Shown here one piece after another: positions 31,864-40,981 of a stretch of 64,000 nucleotides of DNA. The notes under the pieces were generated by a model that was given only the letters and a program-made list of their open reading frames with translations, made no database searches and was not told the DNA's origin. Position 1 is the stretch's first letter, and every line of letters starts with the position of its first letter. This DNA is from Bdellovibrionota bacterium (GTDB lineage: Bacteria; Bdellovibrionota_C; UBA2361; CALJRW01): the NCBI GenBank assembly GCA_041740355.1, contig JBGSMD010000039.1, positions 39,223-103,222 of the forward strand, written 5' to 3'. A program made the position numbers and the translations under genes.

Positions 31864-32340
31864 ATGATTACTGGCTCACTGCAAACCGACTCTCCTAGTC
31901 TTTATTCTAAACTAAAACGCTTGTTCACTATTTCGGAAATAAGTGAATTTGAAGCGAGTTACCAAGTAATCTCTAAAGAACCAAAGATTCGCTCCGAAAA
32001 TGGATGGCGGGAAAAGGGCGTAAATTTCAATCCAAAACCAGCTAGGATTTTAGAAATTTTACTGGAATGTGGAATTACATCCAAAGGGACACTGCTTACT
32101 GCTCTCGAAACTCTCAGCGATCATGAGACACAAGCATCCCCCGAGCCAAATATCAGACTAGCATTAATCCTCGATGCGATTAGACACCTAAGCTATCAGC
32201 AGACTCCACAAGAAAATTACCAACATCTAAAATCTGAATTTATCGCCTTGCAAGAAACATTTTCTAATAGTCCCAACTTGAATCGCAAATTATTAGACAA
32301 AGTTCACAGTGCTTTTAGACTTTATCAAAAGTTTTCTTAA
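31864..32340 (+). CDS. hypothetical protein
   Basis: The ORF opens at TTG 31780 and the first ATG is 31864. No recognisable motif. Confidence 0.4.
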   Translation: MITGSLQTDSPSLYSKLKRLFTISEISEFEASYQVISKEPKIRSENGWREKGVNFNPKPARILEILLECGITSKGTLLTALETLSDHETQASPEPNIRLALILDAIRHLSYQQTPQENYQHLKSEFIALQETFSNSPNLNRKLLDKVHSAFRLYQKFS

Positions 32341-32399
32341 TTCTAAGCTAAAAATTTGTCTTTTTATATTTTTCAGTTATATTAGCTGTTCAGATTAGT

Positions 32400-32481
32400 G
32401 CCGGGGTGGCGGAATTGGTAGACGCGCCGGATTCAAAATCCGGTATCCTTGGATGTGCGAGTTCGATTCTCGCCTCCGGTA
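32400..32481 (+). tRNA. tRNA-Leu (anticodon CAA), no encoded CCA
   Basis: Manual cloverleaf: acceptor gccgggg/ctccggt (two G-U pairs), D arm gcggaattggtagacgc, anticodon arm ccgga ttCAAaa tccgg, 13-nt variable arm, T arm gcgag ttcgatt ctcgc. Confidence 0.85.
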
Positions 32482-32668
32482 TGATTTGCCCACTGGCAAA
32501 TCATCCGCCGAAACTTTTGAAGCGAAGGTGGACTGTTCGCATAAATCTAATTAATTCTCCTAATTAATCTTAAACAGGAAAGAATCGAGCTCTACTGGTT
32601 ATAAAATATCTTCATGTATAAAACAGCCAACGGGCAAATCATCCATTGAAGCTTTAGCGAAGTAATGA
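32482..32668 (+). repeat. hairpin plus degenerate direct repeat pair downstream of tRNA-Leu
   Basis: Hairpin tgatttgcc cact ggcaaatca (32482-32503). ggcaaatcatccgccgaaacttttgaagcgaaggtgga (32495-32532) recurs as ggcaaatcatccattgaagctttagcgaagtaatga (32633-32668). Confidence 0.55.
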
Positions 32669-32823
32669 GTTACCTGTATAAAATCAAACCATTTGTTCAA
32701 TTTATCAAAATGAAGGAAATCAAAAACTCTGAATAGAGAATTTTGACTGTAAATCTTCTCAACAGAATCAAAAAAATTTCAGTCAAAATCTCTGAAAAAT
32801 TAATTAATTAAGAACTTAAGCAT

Positions 32824-33318
32824 CTATTGAGCATCGATACAGATTGCATGAGCAGTCATCTCAGGTGAAACTTCGTAATCAGCAATATTTACGTACAGAC
32901 AATTAACTTGCAAACTACCCGTAGTAGGAGAATTACTAATAGAAAAGCTTGTCATTACATCAGCATAAGCCGCTACACCAAAATCACATACCCCAGAAGT
33001 GGGTTTTTGCCCTAATGGACATTCTACACTTAGTGTATGAGAAGTACGTGGTTGAATTAAGACTGATTCGGTATCGCTGATATATCTACTATAATTTGTT
33101 ACTCCATTAGGACCCTGAGGACCCTGAGGACCAACCGCTCCAATCTCAGCAAGTGTTTCTAAGTTAACAGTAATTTCATTTTTACTTTTGCATTTAGGAC
33201 GAACAAGAAAAGAATTGCTTTTACTGCTGTAGCACAATTTTAAGGGAGGGGTTTGCGCAATAGCAAAATTAGAAGAAAAAAAGACGAAAACCAAAAGTAG
33301 TAAAAAACTTTTATTCAT
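32824..33318 (-). CDS. secreted Cys-rich protein with short collagen-like (G-X-Y)4 tract
   Basis: Signal peptide MNKSFLLLLVFVFFSSNFAIAQ, an LCY...KC module, then GAVGPQGPQGPNG and a Cys-containing C-terminal domain. Confidence 0.7.
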   Translation of the reverse strand: MNKSFLLLLVFVFFSSNFAIAQTPPLKLCYSSKSNSFLVRPKCKSKNEITVNLETLAEIGAVGPQGPQGPNGVTNYSRYISDTESVLIQPRTSHTLSVECPLGQKPTSGVCDFGVAAYADVMTSFSISNSPTTGSLQVNCLYVNIADYEVSPEMTAHAICIDAQ

Positions 33319-33486
33319 AAAATCCTTAAAAAATAAACCTATTAAAAATCACATACATTAACATAAATATGTAAACTTTTTAGTATATTATATTATCCCG
33401 TCGTAACCTTCAATAGATCAAATTTTTAAGACGATTCTCAATAAACGCTTCTCCAGGTTGAAATAAGAAAGATTTCCTTACTTAAT

Positions 33487-34221
33487 TTAACCCAGATCAT
33501 TAAAATGCTCTTGGAATTCAATGTTATGATAAACTTTTACAATATCCTCCCCTGCTTCTAACATATCAATTAGCTTCATGTTGGCTAAGTATGATTCATC
33601 ATCTATGGTCTTGTAGCTAACAGGAATCTGCGCCAAACTTGCTTCTTCTGGAATGATACCAAGGCTTTCTAACTTTTTAGAAATAGCACCAAAGTTTTCC
33701 TTAGCAGCATAAACAGAAAAATATCCATCTTCATTTTCAATGTCGTCTGCTCCGGCATCAATCATTTCTAAAGTGAAATCATCTTCGTTAAGTCCAGCAT
33801 TTGGAACTTCAAAAACAGCTTGGCGATTAAAAATAAATTGTAATGATCCTTGGGTTTCTAGCGAACCGCCACATTTATTAAAGCAAAGTCGAACAAAGGC
33901 AATTGTTCTAGTAACATTATTAGTAGATGCTTCAACAAAGATTCCTACACCTTTTGGACCATAGCCTTCATAAGAAACTTCATGTTCCTCATCAACTCCA
34001 TCGCCTAATCCCCGTTTGATAGCTTTATCAATGTTATCTTTAGGAACGTTATTTTTCTTACATTTCTCAAAAGCAACTTTTAAGAGAAAATTAGTATTTG
34101 GATCTTGCCCGCCTTTTTTAACAGCCGCCGTAACTTCAAATAAAATTTTAGTATAAACCAAACTACGCTGTTGATCCGCAGCACCTTTCTTATTTACAAT
34201 GTTGGCCCATTTTCTGCCCAT
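33487..34221 (-). CDS. yebC: YebC/PmpR-family transcriptional regulator
   Basis: 244 aa. MGRKWANIVNKKGAADQQRS N-terminus and full-length family resemblance. Confidence 0.88.
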   Translation of the reverse strand: MGRKWANIVNKKGAADQQRSLVYTKILFEVTAAVKKGGQDPNTNFLLKVAFEKCKKNNVPKDNIDKAIKRGLGDGVDEEHEVSYEGYGPKGVGIFVEASTNNVTRTIAFVRLCFNKCGGSLETQGSLQFIFNRQAVFEVPNAGLNEDDFTLEMIDAGADDIENEDGYFSVYAAKENFGAISKKLESLGIIPEEASLAQIPVSYKTIDDESYLANMKLIDMLEAGEDIVKVYHNIEFQEHFNDLG

Positions 34222-34243
34222 AGGATTCTTTTTAAATAATAAA

Positions 34244-34476
34244 CCCTCCGCAAATAAAATTTGTGGAGGGCGAGCGTAATCTTGGTTTTAGTCAAGTTAC
34301 GCCGTAGAAGACAAAACTAATACTCACCGCCTATCTGCGTTGGGTTTAGTTGTTATTTTCTACGGCAAAACCTGCCTTCCACCTTCGCTAAAGCTACGGC
34401 GGACAAGGCGACAGGATTTTGCTCGCTCACCTATCTTTTCATTTTTCTCAAAAATGAAAAGCGGTGAGTATAAATA
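34244..34476. repeat. array of four consecutive GC-rich hairpins (REP-like cluster or structured leader/ncRNA)
   Basis: Hairpins are 34244-34270; 34301-34369 (gccgtagaa...ttctacggc); about 34371-34416; and 34427-34468 (ctcacc..ttttcattttt ctc aaaaatgaaaa..ggtgag). Confidence 0.5.
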
Positions 34477-34690
34477 GTTACGAACTTAACTTATAACAGG
34501 TTTGATTTTGGATCAAAACTTTGAGAATTAGCTTTTATCACCCATCAGATACACAAGGCAAAATTTATATGATAAACATATTAAATTATTAATCTTCTTA
34601 TAAACAAATTACCCAATCGACTTGTAGAAAGACTGCAATCATTTTTATTTTATGGTATAAAAAATTTAACATTGAATTAGGTCATATATC

Positions 34691-35794
34691 ATGAAACTTT
34701 TAATTACACTGGTTCTCCTCATATTACCTTCCCAGATTTATGCGGAAGCACCAAAGGTCAAGATACCTGTCCTAATCCCCCTAACTGGAAATGCCAGTGA
34801 ACAAGCTATTTGGATTAAGCAGGGATTAGAACTAGCAACCCATCAAATAAATCAAAGCTCAGATTTTCAAATTGAATTACTGTATCAAGACACACAACTC
34901 GATCCGAAAACTGCTATTTCGGCCTATCGCCATTTAAAAAGCTTTGACTCATTTCCAGCAATTATTACCATGGGTTCGGGAGTTGCAATGGCACTCTCAC
35001 CAATAGTTAATCAGGATCAGGTAATTCAAATGGGAGTTGCCACAGAAACTGTTGATTATACTTCTCCTGATGACTACAACTTTCGGACATCTCCAACTGC
35101 TGAACAAGTTGCCGGTTTTGCTGAAAACTTCATAACTAATCAGCTTAAAGCAAATAAAATTGCGATCATTAAAATCAATAATGATTATGGAATTAGCTCT
35201 GCTAATGAATTAAAGAAAAAATTTCTGCGTGACGGAAATTTAATTGTCGCCGAAGAAGTCGTTCAGCCAGGTGATAGTAATTTTCGATCTCAACTTCTTA
35301 AAGTCAAAACAAGTGCTCCCGATTTAATTTACTTAATATCGTATCCAAATGAAGGCGCATTAATCCTAAAACAAGCTAAACAATTAGGTTTAAATACTAA
35401 GATTCTGGCAACCACAGCAATTAATGGTAATGAAAACTTTTTAGAATTAGCCGCTGGTGGAGCCGAAGGAATTTCGGTAATCTCCATGACTCCCGTAATT
35501 CCGAATAGCCCCAATCCGCTTACTGTAAAATTTATTAAAGACTTTGAAGGTTTCTTTAAGTTTCCACCTTCGCTTCAAGCCTTCTTGGCACTCAAATCTT
35601 ATGATGCGCTAATGATTCTAGCCAATCAAATTAAAACTTGTGGACCCAAGGACACAGCCTGTATTAAAGAAAAACTGTTTCAAGTAAAATCTTACCAAGG
35701 TTCCAGTGGCAAAATTGCCTTTGACCATAATGGCGATGTAACTTCAGATTTGTATATTTTGACTGTCAAGGATGGCGCGTTTATTCTTTCTTAA
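34691..35794 (+). CDS. ABC transporter periplasmic substrate-binding protein (LivJ / branched-chain amino acid type)
   Basis: 367 aa with a signal peptide and a Peripla_BP_6-like pattern. No permease or ATPase genes are adjacent. Confidence 0.7.
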   Translation: MKLLITLVLLILPSQIYAEAPKVKIPVLIPLTGNASEQAIWIKQGLELATHQINQSSDFQIELLYQDTQLDPKTAISAYRHLKSFDSFPAIITMGSGVAMALSPIVNQDQVIQMGVATETVDYTSPDDYNFRTSPTAEQVAGFAENFITNQLKANKIAIIKINNDYGISSANELKKKFLRDGNLIVAEEVVQPGDSNFRSQLLKVKTSAPDLIYLISYPNEGALILKQAKQLGLNTKILATTAINGNENFLELAAGGAEGISVISMTPVIPNSPNPLTVKFIKDFEGFFKFPPSLQAFLALKSYDALMILANQIKTCGPKDTACIKEKLFQVKSYQGSSGKIAFDHNGDVTSDLYILTVKDGAFILS

Positions 35795-35885
35795 CTGCGA
35801 AAGAAGAGTTTATTTTAATTGATTTTCTTCTAACATCAGTTCGACTTAAGATTCGTCACGAGACAAGCAAAGTGACTGAAATATT

Positions 35886-35940
35886 AGTTATGACATCTTT
35901 AAAGATTCTCAAAACCATTTATTAATTTATTGTCATAACT
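35886..35940. mobile_element. mini-MITE related to the right module of family A
   Basis: tagttatgaca ... tgtcataacta is a perfect 11-bp terminal inverted repeat enclosing an AT-rich core. Confidence 0.5.
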
Positions 35941-36051
35941 AAACTATTAACTCCCTCTGGGGGTTTTAATAATTGTAATTTGACTAGAAAAAATAAAAAA
36001 TTCACGCGGAGGCGTAATAGTATTACGGCGAGCATGAATTATTTTCTTTTT

Positions 36052-36831
36052 TCAGGCAAATTCTGTTAATTTGTTTGTCGTAGTAGAATCCTTATGTCGA
36101 ATTGAGGTTTCTAAATATTCACAAATACTATTTAATGCTATAGTTATTTTTAATTCAATCCCCAATAGTTCTTGTTTAGTAAAATAGTCCCCTAGCTCAT
36201 TCTTTAATTTTTGAGGATTAAGATTAATAACCTCTTTTCTAAGCAACTCTATGAATTCTACTAAGCTCAGGGAGGTTTTGGCGTTCTTGAGATTTCTAGC
36301 AAATTCAATTTTTTTTAGACGCTTATTTAGTATCTGTAGATCTGGCCTAACGTTTAAAAAAGTATAAAGATAATAAATATCATATAAATCTTTAGCTAAT
36401 CGTCTTTCTAACCAAGCCGCAATCTTATTCGATAAGGACCATTCTAAATCTGCTATCCTAACTATGAATGATGGCATTTTTATCTCAGGCAAAGCTTCTG
36501 TGCTAATTGCCATAGATTTTAAATGACTATACGTCTTAATCTCTAATTGACTTTTAAATCCCTGATAATCCAAACTTACCCGTAGACACTGGGAGTTTAA
36601 TTCATATTGATATTTTAAATTTTCAATACTATCCAATAACTCCAAGAGTGGCTTTAAAATATCCTTTTTGGATTTAAAGGGAACAAAGGCATAATCTAGA
36701 TCGTTAGTGTACCTTTTAGAATTGAGCAAATACAAAGCCATTCCGCCTCGAATGATTGCCTGCGAACGAAATTTTTCGCTAATAGCTTTCATCATAAATA
36801 CCATCAAATCAATTTCTGATTTAATATTCAT
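36052..36831 (-). CDS. abiEii: AbiEii/DUF1814 nucleotidyltransferase toxin (type IV TA)
   Basis: IIRGGMALYLLNSKRYTNDLDY signature. The start is ambiguous (ATG at 36831, 36837 or 36855) and overlaps the abiEi stop. Confidence 0.8.
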   Translation of the reverse strand: MNIKSEIDLMVFMMKAISEKFRSQAIIRGGMALYLLNSKRYTNDLDYAFVPFKSKKDILKPLLELLDSIENLKYQYELNSQCLRVSLDYQGFKSQLEIKTYSHLKSMAISTEALPEIKMPSFIVRIADLEWSLSNKIAAWLERRLAKDLYDIYYLYTFLNVRPDLQILNKRLKKIEFARNLKNAKTSLSLVEFIELLRKEVINLNPQKLKNELGDYFTKQELLGIELKITIALNSICEYLETSIRHKDSTTTNKLTEFA

Positions 36832-37423
36832 AATCATCCAAAAGTTTCTGAACAAAAGATCTAAATTTTACGTTGTTATAATTGGTTAAGAGACTATCAA
36901 CCTTAGAACGTTTTAATAGCGACAGGTTTAAATCTGAATAAATGTTAAATGAAGGCACAAAGCCTTTCTGGTAATAATATAACAAATCTAAAAATGCTTT
37001 CTCTTTAGAGGCATATTTAATTCCATTTTTAAATTCAAAATCTAAAAACAAGTCTTTAGAAATACTGAAATAAATTATTCTAATTCCACAATTATTAAAC
37101 TCCTTATTTCTACCTAATTTAACAGCATAAATAGTCATTTGCGGAACAGAGCCAATAATTAAATTCTTAGCTAAAATTGTTCCCAAACTAAGATATGATT
37201 CTGGGTAAATTTTTTGGCATAATAATTCTGGATCAAAGTTATCGGAGAGATAAAAACCGTTAATAAAGCGTTTAATGATCTTACATTCGATGCACTTCTT
37301 CAGAGCAGAATTAATCTTTTGGGAATCAGACAATCCAACAAGATTCGCGAAGTCAGCAATACTAACTACTCCCCCCAGTTTGTTAATTTCTTGCTGATAT
37401 AATGATAATTCACCAAATTTCAT
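36821..37423 (-). CDS. abiEi: AbiEi-family antitoxin / transcriptional regulator
   Basis: 200 aa. N-terminal wHTH-like region, the ESYLSLGTILA and EKAFLDLLYY patterns typical of AbiEi, and an overlap with abiEii. Confidence 0.65.
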   Translation of the reverse strand: MKFGELSLYQQEINKLGGVVSIADFANLVGLSDSQKINSALKKCIECKIIKRFINGFYLSDNFDPELLCQKIYPESYLSLGTILAKNLIIGSVPQMTIYAVKLGRNKEFNNCGIRIIYFSISKDLFLDFEFKNGIKYASKEKAFLDLLYYYQKGFVPSFNIYSDLNLSLLKRSKVDSLLTNYNNVKFRSFVQKLLDDYEY

Positions 37424-37465
37424 AATGATACTTTTATATCATAAAATGATATTTCTGTCATTATG
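37421..37465 (-). promoter_or_regulatory. candidate AbiEi operator (inverted ATGATA half-sites)
   Basis: cataatgata (37421-37430), palindrome atatcataaaatgatat (37435-37451), and tgtcattatg (37456-37465), at and just upstream of the abiEi start. Confidence 0.35.
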
Positions 37466-37692
37466 TTTATATTACCCAGCTGTAGTGATTTATCGTTTGG
37501 AGCACTGCCAAAGTTGCAGTAAATAATATTTTAAATGGAAAACTTGCCAGTGTTTTGGTAGATTATAGAAAGTATTATTGCCCTGACTAATCGCTCAAAA
37601 AAAGTTGGAGTAAGTTCCGCACCCCTCTACTTGCTAAAAATCAAATTTATTATAGTTTTTTCAGTAAGTTACTCTAGTTTGAAACAGCTAGT

Positions 37693-37726
37693 TTTTTCAC
37701 AAATATATACTAGTTTTTGTGAAAAA
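37693..37726 (-). terminator. hairpin downstream of hsdR
   Basis: tttttcacaaa / tttgtgaaaaa form an 11-bp perfect stem with a 12-nt loop, about 40 nt after the hsdR stop. A/T runs flank it on both sides. Confidence 0.5.
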
Positions 37727-37767
37727 TTATCTGTGTAACTTAGATACCAAATAGGTCCAAAATGACA

Positions 37768-40700
37768 TTAATTAGGCCGATTCTTCTTAAAATTCTCAGC
37801 CTGCTCAAAGATCTCCACGTAAACCTCATCCTTATCCACTGGTGGATAACCAAATTGATCAAGCAGAATAATTAGTCCAACCTTTAAGGCAGCTTTAATA
37901 TCATCGCGCTTATTCCAGTCGGGGAATTTAGATTGACCCTCCACTAAATCCTTAACAGCTATTGCTAATTCAATTAATTTATCTTCTGGATAGCGAAAGT
38001 CATACTTTACACAAAGTTCTTTTAGAATGTCGTAAAAAGCTTTCTCTTCAAAATCAATTCCTAAGGCATCACCTGCGGAAAACTCTTTATGAACTTCCCA
38101 AATAAGCTCAGTCAGCTGATCCGCCATATCTTCATAAACTTCACTGCGTAGCACATCACTTTCGTCACGTTCGTTGTAACGCTCCACCAAGGCTTGCATC
38201 TTTTTAGAGAAATCTATGCCCTTTACTCGATTCACCTTTTTAATTTCACCAATTACTTTAGCAAGCAACTGTTGCAACAATTTGATTTTAGTATTTGGTA
38301 ATTTAATTTTATCAATTTTTGCTAGGTAATCTTCATCAAAAATATCCTGCGTGTTATCCTCTGAATCTCCTAGCTTGAAGATCTCCTGCACGCCATCACT
38401 TTCTAGCGCTTGCTTAATCATTTCCCTAACTCGGGCATTCATTTGCGCTGTGTCAGGGGCATTTCCCTTGGTTAATTTAAAGACAATTGAACGAACTGCT
38501 AAGTAAAAATGAGTAAAGTCTTTTTCATTTTGCGTTAGTTTCTCACTTCCAGAGCAAATGTCATAAGCCGCCTTTAAGCGCTTAACCATTTCCATAAAAC
38601 GAGTTTCAAAGTCTTTCGTTTGTTGAGCAAACTCAGCCGCTAGCTTTAGGCAACTTAATTGCTCTAGTGAGGAACCATGGAAATATTTAGTACTATCAAA
38701 TTTATGAAAAAGTTTGGCTAGCAAATCTAAATGATTTCTAACAACGACTAAAGACTCGGCAACATCTTCAAAATTATCTTTGTCGCCTTTATTGTACTTA
38801 GCTAAAGCTAAATTCATTTGCTTTTTAATACCGATGTAATCGACAACTAAGCCCTTATTCTTGTCCTTAAACTTACGATTAACCCGAGAGATGGTTTGGA
38901 TTAAGTTGTGTTGTTTAATTGGTTTATCAATGTAAATACTATCAAGGAATGGCACGTCAAACCCAGTGAGCCACATGTCAACAACTATCGCAATTTTGAA
39001 ATTGGATTTTTCATTCTTAAACTCAACATCTAAAGTTTTTCTGTACTCACTTGTTCCTAATAAATCATAAAGTGCTTTCTCGTCATCCTTACTCCGAGTC
39101 ATCACTAAATTAATTTGTTGGATTGGTTTAATCTTCTTCTGTTCTTCTTCCGAAAGTTCAATATTATCTGCGGAAACTTTTATTTCTTTCCATTCGGGAC
39201 GAATATCCGTCACATACTTATAAAGATCATAAGCAATCTCCCTACTACTACAAACAAACATCGCTTTGCCTTTAACAGTAGCACCTTCTGATATTCTTTT
39301 GTCGTAATGTTCTACGAAATCCTTTGCGACAGCTTTTAATCGTTTCGGGTCTCCCAGAATCGCATTCATTTTGGCAGATTCTTCTTTGCTCTGTTCAATC
39401 TGGTATTCATTAGCCCCCTCTAGTGCAACTTCTTCGTAATACTTTTCAATTTTCTCAAGTTCACTATTATTAAGTGCCACCTTAGCAGCGCGTCCTTCAT
39501 AAACAATTCGAACTGTAATTTCATCGCGCACAGATTCGGTCATGGTGTAGGAATCCACGACTTTCCCAAAGACATCCAGCGTGGCGTCAATTGGCGTTCC
39601 CGTAAAACCTACAAAGGTAGCATTAGGCAGTGAATCATGCAGATACTTGGCAAAACCATAAGTTTTCTTTACTCCCGTTTCTGTTACCTTCACCTTCTGG
39701 TCTAAATTCACCTGACTGCGATGTGCTTCATCGGAAATACAAATCACATTGTTTCTTTCGGTGAGTAATTGAGTATCTTCAGTGAACTTGTGGATCGTGG
39801 TCAGAAATACCCCACCGCTTTGCCTTCCTTGAATTAACTCTCGGAGCTGTGCCCTGCTCTCCACACTAATAATCTGATTATCCCCAATAAAGTGCTTGGC
39901 ATTAGTAAATTGCCGGGACAACTGATCATCTAAATCAGTTCTGTCGGTAATCATAATTATTGTAGGGCTAGCAAAGTACTCACTTTTCATTAGTAACCTA
40001 GCTAAGTAGAGCATAGTAAAGCTCTTGCCACAGCCAGTCGCTCCAAAGTAAGTACCCCCTTTTCCATCTCCCTTAGGTTTTTGTGCTAATTTAATATTTT
40101 CAAATAAACACTTAGCCGCGTAATATTGTGGATAACGGCACACTATCTTTTCATCAATTTTGGATGTGTCGGGAATGTATATAAAGTTCCGAATAATATC
40201 CCGCAGTCTATTTTGATTAAACATGCCCTGCACCAAGGTGAACATGCTATCAATCCCATCCACATCCTTTGCTAACCCTGCAACTCTTCGCCAAGCATAG
40301 AAAAATTCATACGGTGCAAAAAAGGAACCTGCTTTATTATTCACCCCGTCACTAATCACACAGAAAGTGTTGTACTTAAAAAGCTCGGGGATATCCCTTT
40401 TGTAACGAATAGTTAATTGAGTAAAAGCGTCATGGATAGTTGCTTCTTCCCTAACAGCACTCTTAAATTCAAAAACTACTATGGGCAAACCATTGATGTA
40501 AACAATTCCATCAGGAATTCGCTTTTCCGATCCAACAATTTCTAATTGATTTACAAATTTATAGATATTCTGATCTGTTGGGTAAGCTAATTTCTTATCA
40601 GCAACAATCGTATCTAAATCATTACTAGCTAGTTGTACTTCAAGCCCTGCATAATCAATTAACTCAATGTGAATGTCTTTCTGATTGCGATCTTCCCGCT

Positions 40701-40977
40701 TTAAAATGAACCCATCACTTAACCACCTTAAGATGGTTTTATTACTTTCATATAAATCACTAGCTGGTAAACTTTTAAGTTGCAGTACAATTGATTTAGC
40801 TTCAGTATTAGTTAGGTTTTGCTTTTGATACTTAGTAAGTAAATATTTAAGCAGATCTTCTTCGATTAAAACTTCATCCACTGACCTAGTGATGGTGTTG
40901 CCCAAATGATGTGGGAAACCTTCTTGCTCTAGTAATTCGATAAAGGCATTTTCTAGTTTAGCTTCGGTGAATTTCAT
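37768..40977 (-). CDS. hsdR: type I restriction enzyme R subunit
   Basis: 1069 aa. Walker A GATGCGKSFT, DEAH box ISDEAHRSQ, and helicase motifs. Confidence 0.92.
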   Translation of the reverse strand: MKFTEAKLENAFIELLEQEGFPHHLGNTITRSVDEVLIEEDLLKYLLTKYQKQNLTNTEAKSIVLQLKSLPASDLYESNKTILRWLSDGFILKREDRNQKDIHIELIDYAGLEVQLASNDLDTIVADKKLAYPTDQNIYKFVNQLEIVGSEKRIPDGIVYINGLPIVVFEFKSAVREEATIHDAFTQLTIRYKRDIPELFKYNTFCVISDGVNNKAGSFFAPYEFFYAWRRVAGLAKDVDGIDSMFTLVQGMFNQNRLRDIIRNFIYIPDTSKIDEKIVCRYPQYYAAKCLFENIKLAQKPKGDGKGGTYFGATGCGKSFTMLYLARLLMKSEYFASPTIIMITDRTDLDDQLSRQFTNAKHFIGDNQIISVESRAQLRELIQGRQSGGVFLTTIHKFTEDTQLLTERNNVICISDEAHRSQVNLDQKVKVTETGVKKTYGFAKYLHDSLPNATFVGFTGTPIDATLDVFGKVVDSYTMTESVRDEITVRIVYEGRAAKVALNNSELEKIEKYYEEVALEGANEYQIEQSKEESAKMNAILGDPKRLKAVAKDFVEHYDKRISEGATVKGKAMFVCSSREIAYDLYKYVTDIRPEWKEIKVSADNIELSEEEQKKIKPIQQINLVMTRSKDDEKALYDLLGTSEYRKTLDVEFKNEKSNFKIAIVVDMWLTGFDVPFLDSIYIDKPIKQHNLIQTISRVNRKFKDKNKGLVVDYIGIKKQMNLALAKYNKGDKDNFEDVAESLVVVRNHLDLLAKLFHKFDSTKYFHGSSLEQLSCLKLAAEFAQQTKDFETRFMEMVKRLKAAYDICSGSEKLTQNEKDFTHFYLAVRSIVFKLTKGNAPDTAQMNARVREMIKQALESDGVQEIFKLGDSEDNTQDIFDEDYLAKIDKIKLPNTKIKLLQQLLAKVIGEIKKVNRVKGIDFSKKMQALVERYNERDESDVLRSEVYEDMADQLTELIWEVHKEFSAGDALGIDFEEKAFYDILKELCVKYDFRYPEDKLIELAIAVKDLVEGQSKFPDWNKRDDIKAALKVGLIILLDQFGYPPVDKDEVYVEIFEQAENFKKNRPN

Positions 40978-40981
40978 TGGG

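Noticed and set aside
27478-32481. Calling the coupling-protein region an integrative conjugative element at tRNA-Leu.
   Set aside because: No integrase, relaxase, VirB4-type ATPase or pilus genes are present, and no clear att duplication of the tRNA 3' end encloses the region.
34244-34476. Identifying the hairpin block as a known RNA (SRP/4.5S, 6S, tmRNA, RNase P).
   Set aside because: I could not find the conserved cores of those RNAs on either strand (SRP domain IV motif, tmRNA tRNA-like end and tag ORF, RNase P GGAAAGUCC-type motif). Units of the block recur at other loci.
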